A stretch of 64,000 nt of DNA. Source: Gnetum montanum (lineage: Eukaryota; Plantae; Gnetophyta). Positions 14,260-27,300 of the stretch are shown here, piece after piece. A program made the position numbers and the translations under genes. Positions within the stretch are counted from its first letter, which is position 1, and each line of letters opens with the position of its first letter. Under the pieces are notes generated by a model. That model was not told where the DNA came from, ran no database searches, and worked only from the letters and a program-made list of their open reading frames with translations. Location of the stretch: contig MNCI01002585.1 of the NCBI GenBank assembly GCA_015680685.1, forward strand, positions 390,105 to 454,104, written 5' to 3'.

Positions 14260-15169
14260 GTTTAAAATGTATATAAGTTACATGCTTAGATGCATAAGGA
14301 GCTATACGGATGATGCTTGAAGTTAGGTAAAACTAGCGGATTGTGTCTTGCAATTGGTTTCTCAATCCAAGTGCTTCTAAGCCTTAGCTAACAACACTCC
14401 TTGTTGGTTCCTAGGTACAGGTCTGCTGCATTGATGTTGAAAATATGGTGGAATGATAGTTAGACTCTTAGTAATGTGCACTATGCTAAAAGTTGCAATG
14501 TTCATTCCTAATGCTAAAAAATGTTCAAAATGTCAAGAGTCCCCTCAATATGTTTGAATGTCCTTTATATAGGCTACATGGTTGTTGATTTGATGTTGTC
14601 AATCCTCTACCATAATTATTGATAGATTGATTCAATTTGTAGGTGTTGTAGATTCTTCATGCCGAACGTATCTTTCAAATTTGGTAGGTTTTATGAAAAA
14701 CATGTTGGTTTTGTCTTCTCCTGGTGAAAGTACATTGGCTTTAGCTTCTTCCAACACAAGTACACTAGCCTTAGCTTCTTCTAGAAAAAGTACATTGGCA
14801 TTTGATGTGCTCTAGCATAAATACACTGGATTTGATGTGAACATTGAAACCCATGAAATTAATATGCTGGCTACAAGTTGTTCCAACATATTAATTGCCA
14901 TGGCCAATATAAATGCCACAAAAGCCCAAATTTGGCAACTTCCAAGGCATTTCCAACCTTCCAAAGCTTAAGTCCATACTTAATATAGTCTTTTTCACTT
15001 GGGAAGTGAGGTGACAACAACTTATGAGGCATTTTTTAACCTTAATAAGTTAAAGTATGTGCAATTAGAGTTCATGAACTACAAATTGTACAATTCACCA
15101 CAAAATCTTGCCTCAATTTCAATAGTGAAGATCATGAGTTGTAACATGAATTTTCTTAGTGGTGTTTTA
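14260..15169 (-). mobile_element. Truncated 3' LTR of minus-strand Tat element Z, with PPT at ~15170-15183
   Basis: Reverse complement reads AAAGAGGAACAAA|TAAAACACCAC...GCCTCATAAG...CCCAAGTGAAAAAG, homologous to the PPT and LTR start of B (58128-58330). TATA-like GCCTATATAAAGG near 14565. The distal end is not identifiable. Confidence 0.7.
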
Positions 15170-16079
15170 TTTGTTCCTCTTTGCTGATGTTTTGAGGATT
15201 GACTTGAGAAACATTGACAAAAAATAATAAACATCATCACAGGTTTATTGCCAATGGTCCCTCTCTATGCTTGATTCTATAGCTATCAAACCATGCCAAA
15301 GAATGCTAATGATGATGAGATGGTATAGGATAAGGCTATATTTGGTAAGAAGGGAATGGTCACAGGGGATTAACGATGAGTTTTGTGTGTTGACATCATG
15401 GTTATGGTATGATAGTAACATGCTTGTTGATTAGTGTAGTCTTTGTGCTTCGAAGTGTTTATTACTTTGTAAAGATTTTGAGGAACCAACCCTCCACTCC
15501 AAGGCTTCTTTGACCATTAGGCTTCTTCCTTTGCTTATATGAAGTCATTGATCCATTATTTGGGCTTCATTGGCCACTCAACTTCTTATATATATATATA
15601 TGTAGGGTGAAACCCTCATTCAGTTTCATTGCCAAGGTAAAGCTTAGTTTGGTTTTCTTGCTAAATGAGATGTATTACATTCAATGAACTTGATGGTGGA
15701 GCATGATGAAGGAGAGGTAACATGGCCATGATGTATGAATGTTAAACATATGTCACCATTGTTGTTTAGGATAAGGAAGGTTGTAATCAAGCTATAAGAT
15801 TGGGCTTAAGGACAAGTAATGAAAGTGATGTAAGACAAGCACTCTTAGTATGGTAGAACAAGCTAACCAAATTTCATTCATTAAGGTCATGTGGTAACTT
15901 GCTAGCATAATGCATTGCACCTTCATGATGACTCTAGGCATCATCTTGAAAGCACAACTCCAAGATAACAAGAAAATAAGACAAAGAAAACATGTAGTTA
16001 TAAGATATTGCCTAAGGCTGCATGAGATAATGAGCAAACTAGGCTGTCAAGCTTCCTTGCTTTTGGTTGTAAAGGTGAC

Positions 16080-18122
16080 TAATGTCAACTATTGATGGCC
16101 TTGTTACTAGCATCAAGTTGTCCATTGACTTGAGGGTAATATAGTGATGAAAAGAAATGCTTGATGCCTATGTATTGATAAAAGGCTTGGAATGCTTAGT
16201 TACTAAACTATGGTCCATTATTTGTGACTATGGTCAAAGGTACACCAAAATGGGATACTATGTTATCTAGTATGAATTTATAGACTTGTTGAGATATTAT
16301 CTTCTTTAAAGGAATGGATTCAACCCACTTTGTGAAGTATTCAATTGTAGTGATGATAAAGATATGCCTCGTAGAAGACTTAGGTGTTATAGGTCCAATA
16401 ATGTCAAGTCCTTACTATTGAAATGACCAAGTTATCTGAGTAGTGTGTAACTTAGTTGGTGGCACATGTATTAGGTTTCCATTCCATTGATAGGTATAAC
16501 AAGTTGTAACCTTCTGCAGGAAGTCACTCTTCATATAATGCCAATAATAATCTAGTCATATAATCTTTATGACCATGGCTCTAGGTTCTATATGTCATCC
16601 ACATACACCTTTATGAACTTGCTCTAGGATTATGTGGGCATTAGTTTTATCCAAGCACATTAATAATATAACATCATAGCATCATCAACATAGTGTGTTA
16701 TCACCTATAATAACATACTATTTTGATCTTTTATGTACAACATCCTTTTGAGAAGTAGTCAGGCCCTGTGAAGATTCATAATGCATTAGGTAAAACTTGA
16801 TATTGTCATACCATTCTTTTTGAAGAGCAGTATTAATAGGGGTTATAGAGATGCCTTTATTGTTTTACATAATTGAAATAGAAAAATTCATGGTTAAGGA
16901 AGATAACTTACTAAACACATCAAGCATCACACTTAGGACTAAGGTTGTGATGGCATCAGCTAAGGTGTTCTTGGTTCAAGTTATATGTTGGATACTAATG
17001 TCTATAAATTGTTGCATCAGTTTCTTAGCTAAGTCCTAGTAAGGCTATAAATGTTTGGGTTTACATGAATAAACCTTTATTACTTAGTTAACCACAAGTT
17101 TTGAATCACCTTTGATCATCAGGCATTTGATTCCTTGGTCACAAGCTACCATTATTTCCTGATTAATCTTTCATACTCCAGCACATTTTTGATGCATGAA
17201 AATTCAAAATGGTATGTGAAGGGTTCTGATGGTGGAAACACTAGGTCCATGGGCAGTTGAAGCTTCATCAAAGTGCATGATAGCCTATAGCCCTTAGGTA
17301 CCTCATTAATAATGTTGACATGTTCATTGGAAAACTCAGGGTCTATGGATGCATGGTCTTCTACTAGGGAAGTTGTGAGTTGTGTGGCTATAGCTTGCCC
17401 TTTTATTGAGGCTTTGGAGATGTAATGTAGGTCAAACTTAGCTATTATGGATTTCCAACCGTTTATATGGCTACTTTCATAGATATTGGTCTTTATGGCT
17501 CTAAGCACATTATCTTTGCATATGACATTAACATGGCTTTATAAGAGGTAGTGTCTCCACTTCTTCAATGAGAAGATTAGGGCTAGACAATACTTCTCTA
17601 CTTTGATGTATTAGGCCTCATAGGTAATTAATGCAAGGCTTAGGTAGTATACCGGCAGCTCTTCTCCATCATTGTGTTTTTGATAGAGTAGAGCAGTTAT
17701 GGATGCATTAGAGATAGCTACATAGATGTAAAAAGGTTTTTATTTTATGGTGGATAGACCATGGGTAGTTGTACCAACTCTTGCTTAAGGTTTTTAAAGG
17801 CTTCTTAGCATTAAGCCATTCACTCATAGTGAACTCCTTTCTTAAGTAAGTGTTACATTGGTTGCAACTTATCCATAAGCTCAGTGATGAACCTATGGAT
17901 AAATTATAATCTACCTTGTAGTTCTTAAAGCTCCTTAAGGTTTGTAGGTGCTGCCAAGTTGGATATGGCCTTAACCTTATCAAGATCGACACGAAATCCT
18001 TTCTTTGAACACTACAAAGCCAAGCATCTTATTAGTTTTGGTGCCAAAGACATACTTTTTAGGACTAATCTTGAGTTGATATTTAAGACATCATTTAAGC
18101 ACTAAGTCAAGGTCATGCACAT
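16080..18122 (-). pseudogene. Tat pol remnant (RT C-terminal part, RNase H, archaeal-type RNase H, integrase core) of element Z
   Basis: AKFDLHYISKASIKGQAIA, YHFEFSCIKNVLEYE and YYPQVNGQ..NKAI; collinear with 55310-57360. Cut at 18122 by element A. Confidence 0.9.
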
Positions 18123-19837
18123 TGAAACACCATGAAATTTCAGGACCCTGATGCTTCAGCAAAGTCTTGAAATTCGGGCAAGGACTTCCATAAGTGCAGT
18201 GTCACGATGGTCTATCCGGACAACGTAAGCATTGAGGGTAGACCGCACAGTCCGGCAGCATAACTATAGCGTGGCAGGGATGTACTTTGATAATACTCCT
18301 ACATGAATAGCTCCGATGGAGTAAAAGTGTTTGCCCATGTTTCAACTGTTAAACAGGTTTGCTCTGCTGACACACCGGGACATGACAAACATTCTATGAC
18401 AAAATGTTTGCAAAACAAGTCAGGATTCGGCCAACACTGGGTGCTACGTTGTGCTATGCTATGCAACGTAGCAAGGACAGAATGCACAAAGGCCCATTTG
18501 CCAAGTGGTTCCAATGAGAGGATTTCACTTGGTAACGCTTCGACCTCCAAAACTACCTATCCCACTTAGCCCTTAGATCTCAAGCAAAGTTTCCTAACAA
18601 AACATTGTAGACCGAACAAGGATGCATGTCATATTGGTTGCTCCATTGCATAGCGTAGCGAGGATGAAAAACAACAAAATGCCCCAACGATGAACTCAAT
18701 AGGTCTGAAGGATTTCCAACATGGAAGACAAAGTTGCAGTTGCTTGCTTAACCAAGCCTTAGGCAGATTCTCTCTGCTTTTGGGCAAGACTTCTTTCAAG
18801 ATTGACGGTTACGCTATGCTAGGCTACGTAGCGTAGCACAGTGTAGCGTGCAATTACTTAAACTACGCCAACATGCTGGACAACATAAGTAATGTAACAC
18901 TTTCATGGAGGCATTAAGACATCTTCAGTTAGCTCTAGAACTTGTTGGCAATGATCACTCTCACCCTAGCACTTCTTTGGTGGACAAAATCAGCAAGTTT
19001 GCTTCATTTTGCACACCTCTGGTCAATCCCTAAAGTTGTTCCTACGCTTGACCTTGCTCACAAAAGTAGGGAAGACATAGTCTTGGAGCATAGGTTCCAT
19101 TTTTCTTTCATTGTTGGTATGCTTTTTGAATTTTGGCACATGCAATTTTAGCGGTATGCTCATAGCATAGCAGCAATACACAGCAGAATAACACAGTCAC
19201 CTTTGAACTCTGTGGGACCCAGGACATGTGGAATCTAAACCATGTTTTTCTCCTGCATTTGGCTCTATAAATACCCTAGTGAATAATGTTCAAAGGGTTG
19301 GCTTTTGGAGAGCATAGTTGGCATTATTAGTATTCTGGTTGACTCCAGACATCCTTTTGTGGGTCTAGCATTTTGGCACCTTGGTGAGCGGATTGGCAAG
19401 CAGAAGAATCCTGAGTAGTGAGCTATTGACTATAGTTCAAAGACCTGTGACCATACTGCTCTATTGTAAGTTGTGCCACTCTAGTGTTGCATATTTAGTT
19501 GTACGCTTTCCAATAGAACAAAGATCAGATTTGCCATCTTGGGGTGGTGCATTTTCTCACCCAAGTCTATTTTATTCTTTATTTACTATCATTGTTTTTT
19601 GCACTATTTTTATTGTCTTGCATTTGTTGATCATCGCTTCACTTGCATACGTTTCTTCTAAAACAAATGTTTACGAAATGTTAAGTTACACCAATTAAGT
19701 CCCTGTTTAATTGATTAGATCATTTAGGGCACCCCATTTCTGTTTCTCTCCAACATGACCATCGCATGGATCCAGGGTTAGGCTGTATGCCTGGCAACCT
19801 CTCGGTGTTCCAGCCACTGATGTTTTCGGTCGTTACA
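18123..19837 (+). repeat. 5' LTR of element A
   Basis: TG...CA ends. Aligns to 35567-37583 (ORF-track twins 18942/36764 and 19381/37182). TATA-like CTATAAATA at ~19266. Confidence 0.92.
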
Positions 19838-19842
19838 GTTTT

Positions 19843-19860
19843 TGGTGCTAGAAGGAGGGC
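19843..19860 (+). promoter_or_regulatory. Putative primer-binding site of element A (TGGTGCTAGAAGGAGGGC)
   Basis: Lies just after the LTR end; identical to 39945-39962 in element B. Confidence 0.8.
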
Positions 19861-20514
19861 CTTTTTGGTGCCCTTTCTACATATTATGGGTAATCTTGCA
19901 CGTTGTTTGTACCCTGTCACCTATTAGTGTAGACATGACACCCTTGTAGTTGTTTACGCATCATGTGATGCAGACTGGGTGCAATGATGGTTACTTTGGA
20001 ACCTGGAGGGATGAGAAGCCTCCGATTACTTATCAATTTCCATGTTTCTCGTTGACAATTTTCCTTTAATCACATAAAATGATTCCTGCAACCATTGTCG
20101 TTCCCACCTTGAACCTTGAGGTTCCTTTCTTGGCTCAAAACACCATAGGTGCCGAGCGACTGCCTAGCCTAGTGTTGGCGCAACGTTAGTCTCTTAGGCT
20201 CCGACACCTGTCACCTGAGTGCTTGGTGCAAGACGCAGAGCGCTATGACTTCCTCTAAGCAAAGATCCAGGTGAATTTGCTCTTGGATTGCCAAGAACTC
20301 GAAGAAAAATATAACTTCGAGTTCCTTCATCGAAACAGGAGGAAATTTATCCCTAACCATCCACCTGACGGAAACATATCAATGGATTTTGGACTAGCTA
20401 ATATGAGTCAGTAATTCTAGGGAGCGAGATACGGCGTCCCATTACGATGAAGTGTTTGAAGATGGATAGAAAGACCTGGACTTCCATTCCGAGGGTGGTG
20501 GCCAAACCTAGCCT

Positions 20515-23500
20515 GTGGTTATCCCTTCCACCACGGTCTTCCGGTTGAACCCGCTCTTTGCTTCTGCCCCCTTCATGGTTGCCACAACCCTGTCACAATC
20601 TACACATTTGTCAGTCATGGCTAGTCATCTCGTACCTTCTACGTACCAACAAGGGGTCTCTTCAACTTTGTTCCTAGTCACACTTTCTTCGCAATTTGCT
20701 CTAACAACGTACCCAACGTTAATCATGGCTACATTGCCATACGTCCACACTCTGCCCACGTCTCAGTCACATGCGAGCTTCGCCTCTGGTCCCTCGTCTA
20801 CACATGTCCCACCACCAGTGGCCAACCCAGTCTCAACCACGTGGTGGGTGCCAACCCCTTCCTTACCTATGGGACAACCTTCTTAGGTATCATACTATGT
20901 GCAACCCCAAGCCCACTAGCTTCTTCATGTAGCACAATCTAGTGCAGGGCTATGGGCCGTCCTACTAACCAGGAAAGTTATCAACCCCACGACCCCACCA
21001 ACGGCCACCCCACCAATAGCATCACCCATCGGGTGGTGGACGGCCTAAGCAACACAATTCGCAGGAGCAGCACCAACAACGTCCCTCATGGCCTAGGTTT
21101 CTGCCCTTACACTGCAACCCCCACTGACACATATGATAGCTGCTCATGCAACCTTGCAGTCATCTACAACATCACCAGGTTTGGACCAAGCTTTTCAGCT
21201 AATCTAGACCCTTACTGAGGAAATTAAATGCCTTAAAGTTATCGATTCTGACATGGTACAGGTCATAGACTTTTACCACGACAATCCCATTAGCCTGACT
21301 GTCCCCATGCTTACGTTACCCCTTGGGGTAGAACTCCCCCAATTTATGAAATATAATGGGGAGGGCAATCCCAACGCACATTTAGTAATGCTTAGATCCA
21401 AGTCTTTACTGTTGCAACAATAGCTGCATACTATCATCTGTGTCTTCACCATGTCCCTGATGGACAAGGCTTTAGACTAGTACCACGCACTCCCACGCAC
21501 GTCCATCTCAACTTTGAAGGAGCTACTGAGTCAGTTCATGACCTGTTTCAAGTATAACTTGAAGTGAGAAGTCACACTCGACCAGTTGATGAGTGTCTAA
21601 CAAGACCAACTCGAGTTTGTGCAAAGATTCATACAGTGGTGGAGTGCCACCTTGAACAAAATACGTGAGCCTATTGTTGAGGCCCATTTATTGGCCATCT
21701 TCAAGGGGGCAGTAAATGACTTCATTAAGTCAAAAATTTACTACCTAGCTCCATGCTCTCTTAGCCAAGCCTTTGCTCAAACTAAGAGCATCTAGAACGT
21801 AGCTGAGGCTAGTAAAGACCCAGCTTATAATTACATATAAAAATGCACACCTTAAAAAAGATAAAGAGAAGGGTAAAACCGCAACAGCCATGGTGGCTGA
21901 TGTGGCTAACAAAGCCAAGTCCAATAATAGCAATAACCCAAAGGTAGCCACAGCACCCGCTAACGCCACATCTGGCTCAAGTAACACTAGTCAACCCTCA
22001 ACATTAACACCTGAGGTGCCAACCCAACCTAAACCCAACTTTGAGTGCAAGGATCGCTCCAAATATACCTCTTTACCTGTTAAGCCTTTAGAACTTCTGA
22101 AGCAACTGTTGGAAGCTGGGTATATACAGCATAAACGGATGTCAGAGGAAGCGATTAAATGTCATCAGCGATACTACGAACTCCTTAGGAACCCCTCCTT
22201 GGCTATGCCCAATGAGGCGCCAATTCCTAACAACTTTAGGCTAGAATGGTTCTGTGACTACCATCAACTATGTGGTCACGATACAGACTATTATGTAGCG
22301 TTGAAAAATAATATCCAACGCATGATCGATTAGGGCAAGCTGGTCTTAGACGAAAGTAGTCTTGTTTGCCTAGACAATCAATCCATGCATGTGTACAAAG
22401 ACCCCCTGAATGCCAAAACATTCAAGTGCCTCTGACACACAATGCCAAGCAATGAAAGCAGCACTGTAGCCTTGCCGTTCGAAAAAATGGGAAGAGCATT
22501 TGGCTGACAAGATGGCTAGGGAACGTACTGCCTTAGGTCCCCCCAAGCCTACCCCCTTGTCCTCAATGCCTATGGCCACCTCATTATCAGCAATTGATAA
22601 TGCCATGCACATGCAATCATCACCAGCCTACCCAAGAAAGCCTAGTGCATAACTTGAAATTGCCCCCCCTCACGAGATTCATCTCCTAAGATGAATGGAA
22701 GAGGAAAAGTGTGGCAAACAATAAGATGGTAGACAAGATATTTTCAACACCCTCAACCAAGTCAAATAGGCTTTGAAACAGAAAAACAAAACTTTGAGCT
22801 TGTATGATTTGGTAATGACTTCTACCACGCACTGCGAGGTCATGGTTCACATGTTAACGTCTATACTAGTTGATGAAAACATGCCAATAGAGGAGAAAGC
22901 GATCCATGCTGTCATGCTTCCCTCCACCATTGAGGAACCACCGTTGGCTTAGTTAAAGTTTCTTGATGAGTCCATCAAGGACAACCTTGAAAAGGGTCAG
23001 GGGACAACAGCACCCATGTTCATCACAATGCGGGTCAGTTAGTACAAGATTCGAAGAGTACACGTTGATGACAAGGCTACTACAAATGTCATCCCGTTTC
23101 CTATAGTGGACAAACTAGGTTTGGTTGATCAAATCAAGCCCACAACAACCTCTTGCCTGAAGTCATTCAATAGAGCTTGGGTAGTGGTAAAGGGAACTGT
23201 CCACATCAACTTTGTGGTAGGGGACTAGTTCCCCACAAGCGCGGTGTTCATTGTGATGGAAGAGATGCCTGGGTTTAACCTGATCTTGGGGAGGTCATGG
23301 TTAGCCCAATTAAGGGCTGTCTCTTCACCCATACATCAAGAGATCCACATACCTTACGTAGGTAGAGAGGTGGTGATCTACGGTGATGAAGTGGCTGCCC
23401 AAGTAATAAACAATGTTGACATAGAGCAAGGTTCAGAGGTAATAATCTCTGAAAATGAAGCGTCTATTCCTACTAAGGCTACTTGTTTGACTAATGAGCC

Positions 23501-23651
23501 GACCAAAGATGCCGGCTTAGAAAAGGAAACCATGTGGGCCAAGTTACCTTTTCAAGTGATAAATAACAACATAGAAGAATACCGCAACAAAGCTCTTTGG
23601 CCATATGCTTCACTTAGCCCACAATGGGTTAAGAAAAAATTGCATAATTAG
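20515..23651 (+). pseudogene. gag-protease of element A
   Basis: Pro/Ser-rich N-terminus; KYNGEGNPNAHL gag core; CDYHQLCGHDTDYY Tat-type knuckle; protease RVHVDD..TNVIP and FNLILGRSWL. Many stops. Confidence 0.88.
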
Positions 23652-23900
23652 AAACTACCCATGATTCAACTTCATAAACGCTTGGCTTTGTTATCTCCTC
23701 CCTAATATTAGCATCACGTTTACTGCTCACTATGTTCACTTTCAGCATTACCATTCCAGTTTTCACCATGCTTATTTCTTTTGGCATTACATTTAATGTT
23801 TACATTATTTTAATTCTTTGCACCATGTCCATTGCTTGCATTCGGATTGTGTCTCCTGTTTACATTGTTCCCACCGTTTACATTACAATTGTTGTTAAAA

Positions 23901-24190
23901 CGGCCTGGAATGACCTTAAACTACCACTGTGGCCTACTAAGGCCTAAAACTGGCCATTCAAAAAAAAAAAAACATCCTTATCACTTGTTACGACCCGAAA
24001 TGACCTTAAACTATTGTTACGGCCTGGAATGGCCTTAAACTACTACTGTGGCCCGCTAAGGCCTAAAATTGGCCATTCCAAAAAAAATAAAAATCCTTAT
24101 CACTTGTTACAGCTCCAAATGGTCTTAAATTATTGTTACAGCCCAAAATGGCCTAAAACAAGTAATGGCCTGAAATGGCCTAAAACTAGA
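23901..24190 (+). repeat. ~119-bp tandem duplication built on the G(A/G)CCT(T/A)AAACT motif
   Basis: CGGCCTGGAATG.CCTTAAACTAC at 23901 and 24020, plus partial copies. Confidence 0.85.
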
Positions 24191-24360
24191 ACGAGAAGCT
24201 CCCAAGGAGCTTAAAAAGACAAAGAATAAAAATAAATACAACACGTTAGCCAACATGAAATAAATCTCTTCACACTATATTCTTTATTCAATATGAATCA
24301 ATAATGTTTACAAAATTTTTTGTAAATTCAAAGACAAGAATAAAATTTCCCGCCGTTACG

Positions 24361-27300
24361 CTATGAGTCTTCACCCGCATCACCATTCCCTGCCTCATTG
24401 GATCCTGCATTTTTGTTTGCATCCTGTGCAACAAAGAAAATAAAACAATCAATTAAAGCTACAACAAAGGCTTTTATAAAATAAACTACGATACCCCAAA
24501 AGGTAACTAACCCGAAATGGCCCCGTGTCCATTTCGGGGGGTATTCGATCCATGTCAACCGTAAAATGTTACAGGATCTCCTCCTTAGCGATGTTGGCCC
24601 AATTCCTATCCCCTAGATTAGCGCTTGCTGCAACCTTATCCTTTTTCATAATTGTCCATCTAGGTGGCTTTGGAGAAAAGGTGGTAGTGCTGGTCTCACC
24701 CATAAGTAGAGTCATCTCCCTTTCGGGAGATTCACTAACTGTCACCTATTGCATGAACTTGTCATAAGCCCCAGAAGCACCAATAATGTCAAGGAATAGC
24801 TCATGGGTATGCAACTTGACTGAAGCATCCCGATATTATTTGAAATACATGGAACATTCTATTATATATATATGTTTGTGGTTCTTCTGTGCCTACCCCC
24901 ACTTGTAAACCTTCATGCTATAATCCTTCCAGTCTTGGTTCTTCTAGGCTAGAAGGTCCATTTGCATGCGCTGTTCGATTATTTCGCGTGTGGCTTCATT
25001 GTTGCATCATATGATCGTCTAATATCTTGTGTAATCGATGAAAGCTGTATGCCAACTACCATCGTGAGTGTCCTGGGCCAACAGAAATTCATTCCAAGAT
25101 TAGAGATCCCCCACCTCAGCAGTTAGGTTGGCCTTCTCCTTCTCAATTCTTTGCACTTGTTTCTAGAGATCTTCGTTCACACGCCTGCACTCCCATAGAG
25201 AGCGTTCTAAGTACGACACACATTTACTTTCTTTATCATATATGTGACGAGGTACTTTGGTTACCTCCAATGGAAATTCGGGTACGACGTCGACCTCAAC
25301 CACCTGCTTGGGATTCCACTTGAGGTGAGAGGTTGCCAATTGCACACAGAAGGGCATTAGTCATAGTGACATAGTGAAATTGCAACAATGTAGAAAGCGC
25401 AGCGTAGCAACTTTAACTTACCAATTTTCAGATCGATTTTTCTTAGACGATCGATCATGTCATCAACCACCCCTTCCATAAAAGTGAATTTGTAGATAGT
25501 CTTAGTCCATGGTCGGAGACAGATTGAAGAAGGACCAGGAGTATCAACAGTGGTGTCTGCTGCACAATAAAATGTGTTATCCACGGTGGAGAGGATTACA
25601 ATAAAGCTGATGAACAACGTAAATGACAGTGTAAAGCTCCTACCTAGCAAATCCTCAAGGGTGATAGCAAGGGGNGGGTCGCCCATTGACACACTGTCAA
25701 ACAAGCGGTCAAACTCACCAGCGTCAAATTGGAGCCCCTCTCTTTCTAGCTAACTCAATAGTGTAGCAGCGTCCTCAACACTCATATGCCCCTCCGGTAC
25801 TAAACTATAGTCGGAAAAAGGATCATCAACAAGGGCCTCTTCTTGATCAACAGAGGCCTCTTCCTTATCGGCAGGGGCCTCTTCTTCATTGGTTGGGGCC
25901 TTTTCTTCTGTAGCCAAGGCCTCTTTGTCTTCCCCGATCACCCCTGTTCCAGGGGCTAGAACCTCCTCCTCTCCTTCTTCTTCTTCCTTTGCTAATAAAA
26001 CATAATTACAGTAAGCAAGATACACCAACTTGGAATAGATGCTACATTGTGCAACGCTACCTAGCATAGCACAACGTAGCAAGCGTTAACCAAACAGTCA
26101 AACACACTTACCAATTGGGGGCTGCACTCTACGAATTTTGAGTCGTAGCTTCTTTCCCCTCTCATCATTTGTACAAGGAGGCTCTTCGGTAGGACGACAT
26201 TTCTTACATTGCAACCTAGTCTTCACTATTTCTGCAATGAGGTGTTCTCCCCTTGACATGCTGCTTGTGTTAATGGGGGGTGCCTCTCCCACATTATCCT
26301 AAGCGCAAAAGGGACGTGCCACCTGATCCATTGTCATTATTGAAAGCGATTCCCTAATAGCCTCCGGGTGATCTTGGGATCCTGTGGTATGGAAAACTTG
26401 GCAAATCCATGGCTTTGATATTTAGTTACAATCTTGCTATACCCAGATGCCATTTTCACAGACCACCAGAAACTCTGTAAAGCACCGTAAGCAAGCTATA
26501 AAAAAGCTGTAGTGTACGTTGAAACGAGACTCAAGCTTCTCACAAAGCTTGACTATTTCAGCACGTAAGTCTTCAGAAAGGTACCGGGCCTAGTTATAAT
26601 GGGTCACTTCCTCCATGACCTTCCTCATTATCTAAGCCTGCTCCATCCCAAGGATATGCCCTTAGGAGAGTAGCTTAGGGAAAGCACGGGCACGGAAGAT
26701 AGGGTAAATCCTTTCGACCACCACTAGCTTGACCTTGTGGATGTAAATTCCTTTTCGGTGCTTACTTATCCCTAGCCACTCCTCGATGTCTCCCTAATGG
26801 TTCACATCTTTCTTAGATTTTTCTCCTACAGGGAGACCATCAGAAAGGACACTAAAAATATCTGCAAAAGTTGGTCATTAATTTCGAATACCACCCGCAC
26901 ACCGTGAAGACGTGTACGAAAGCGGTTAGCCTTGTCGGAGAAGGAATCGGCTAGGGGAAGCATTTATGCAGTCGGGACATTCAGATTTACAGCCAGAAAT
27001 AAGTCCATGAGCCTAGCCTCCTAAATGTTGTGGACAATGGTGGCTGGGGCCCCATTGTAGAGCCAACGTTGAGTCTCCTCCACCTCCTCGTACTTGAAAA
27101 AGAGGTTGGTTTCATTACGCCCAGAGGTGATCATAGTGACCTCTTTGGATTTTGTTATCACTATAACAGTTAGCAAAACACAAAGAAAAAGTTAGCAAAA
27201 AAAATGATGAAAGCACATCGTCACTTGAACACATAACAACGAATCCATGGCTTTGCATACCAGGTTTAAATGGCATAGGAAATGGTGGGAGTTCCACTAG

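Noticed and set aside
14728-14840. 30-bp repeat read as peptide STLALASS
   Set aside because: It lies inside an LTR; there is no evidence of coding.
14402-14888. Possible copia solo LTR (TGTTGG...CCAACA)
   Set aside because: Flanks CTCCT/TATTA give no TSD, and the segment lies within the Z 3' LTR.
19381-19698. Duplicated hydrophobic 105-aa ORF (also 37182-37499)
   Set aside because: The duplication is explained by the LTR pair, and the hydrophobicity reflects T-rich U5 sequence.
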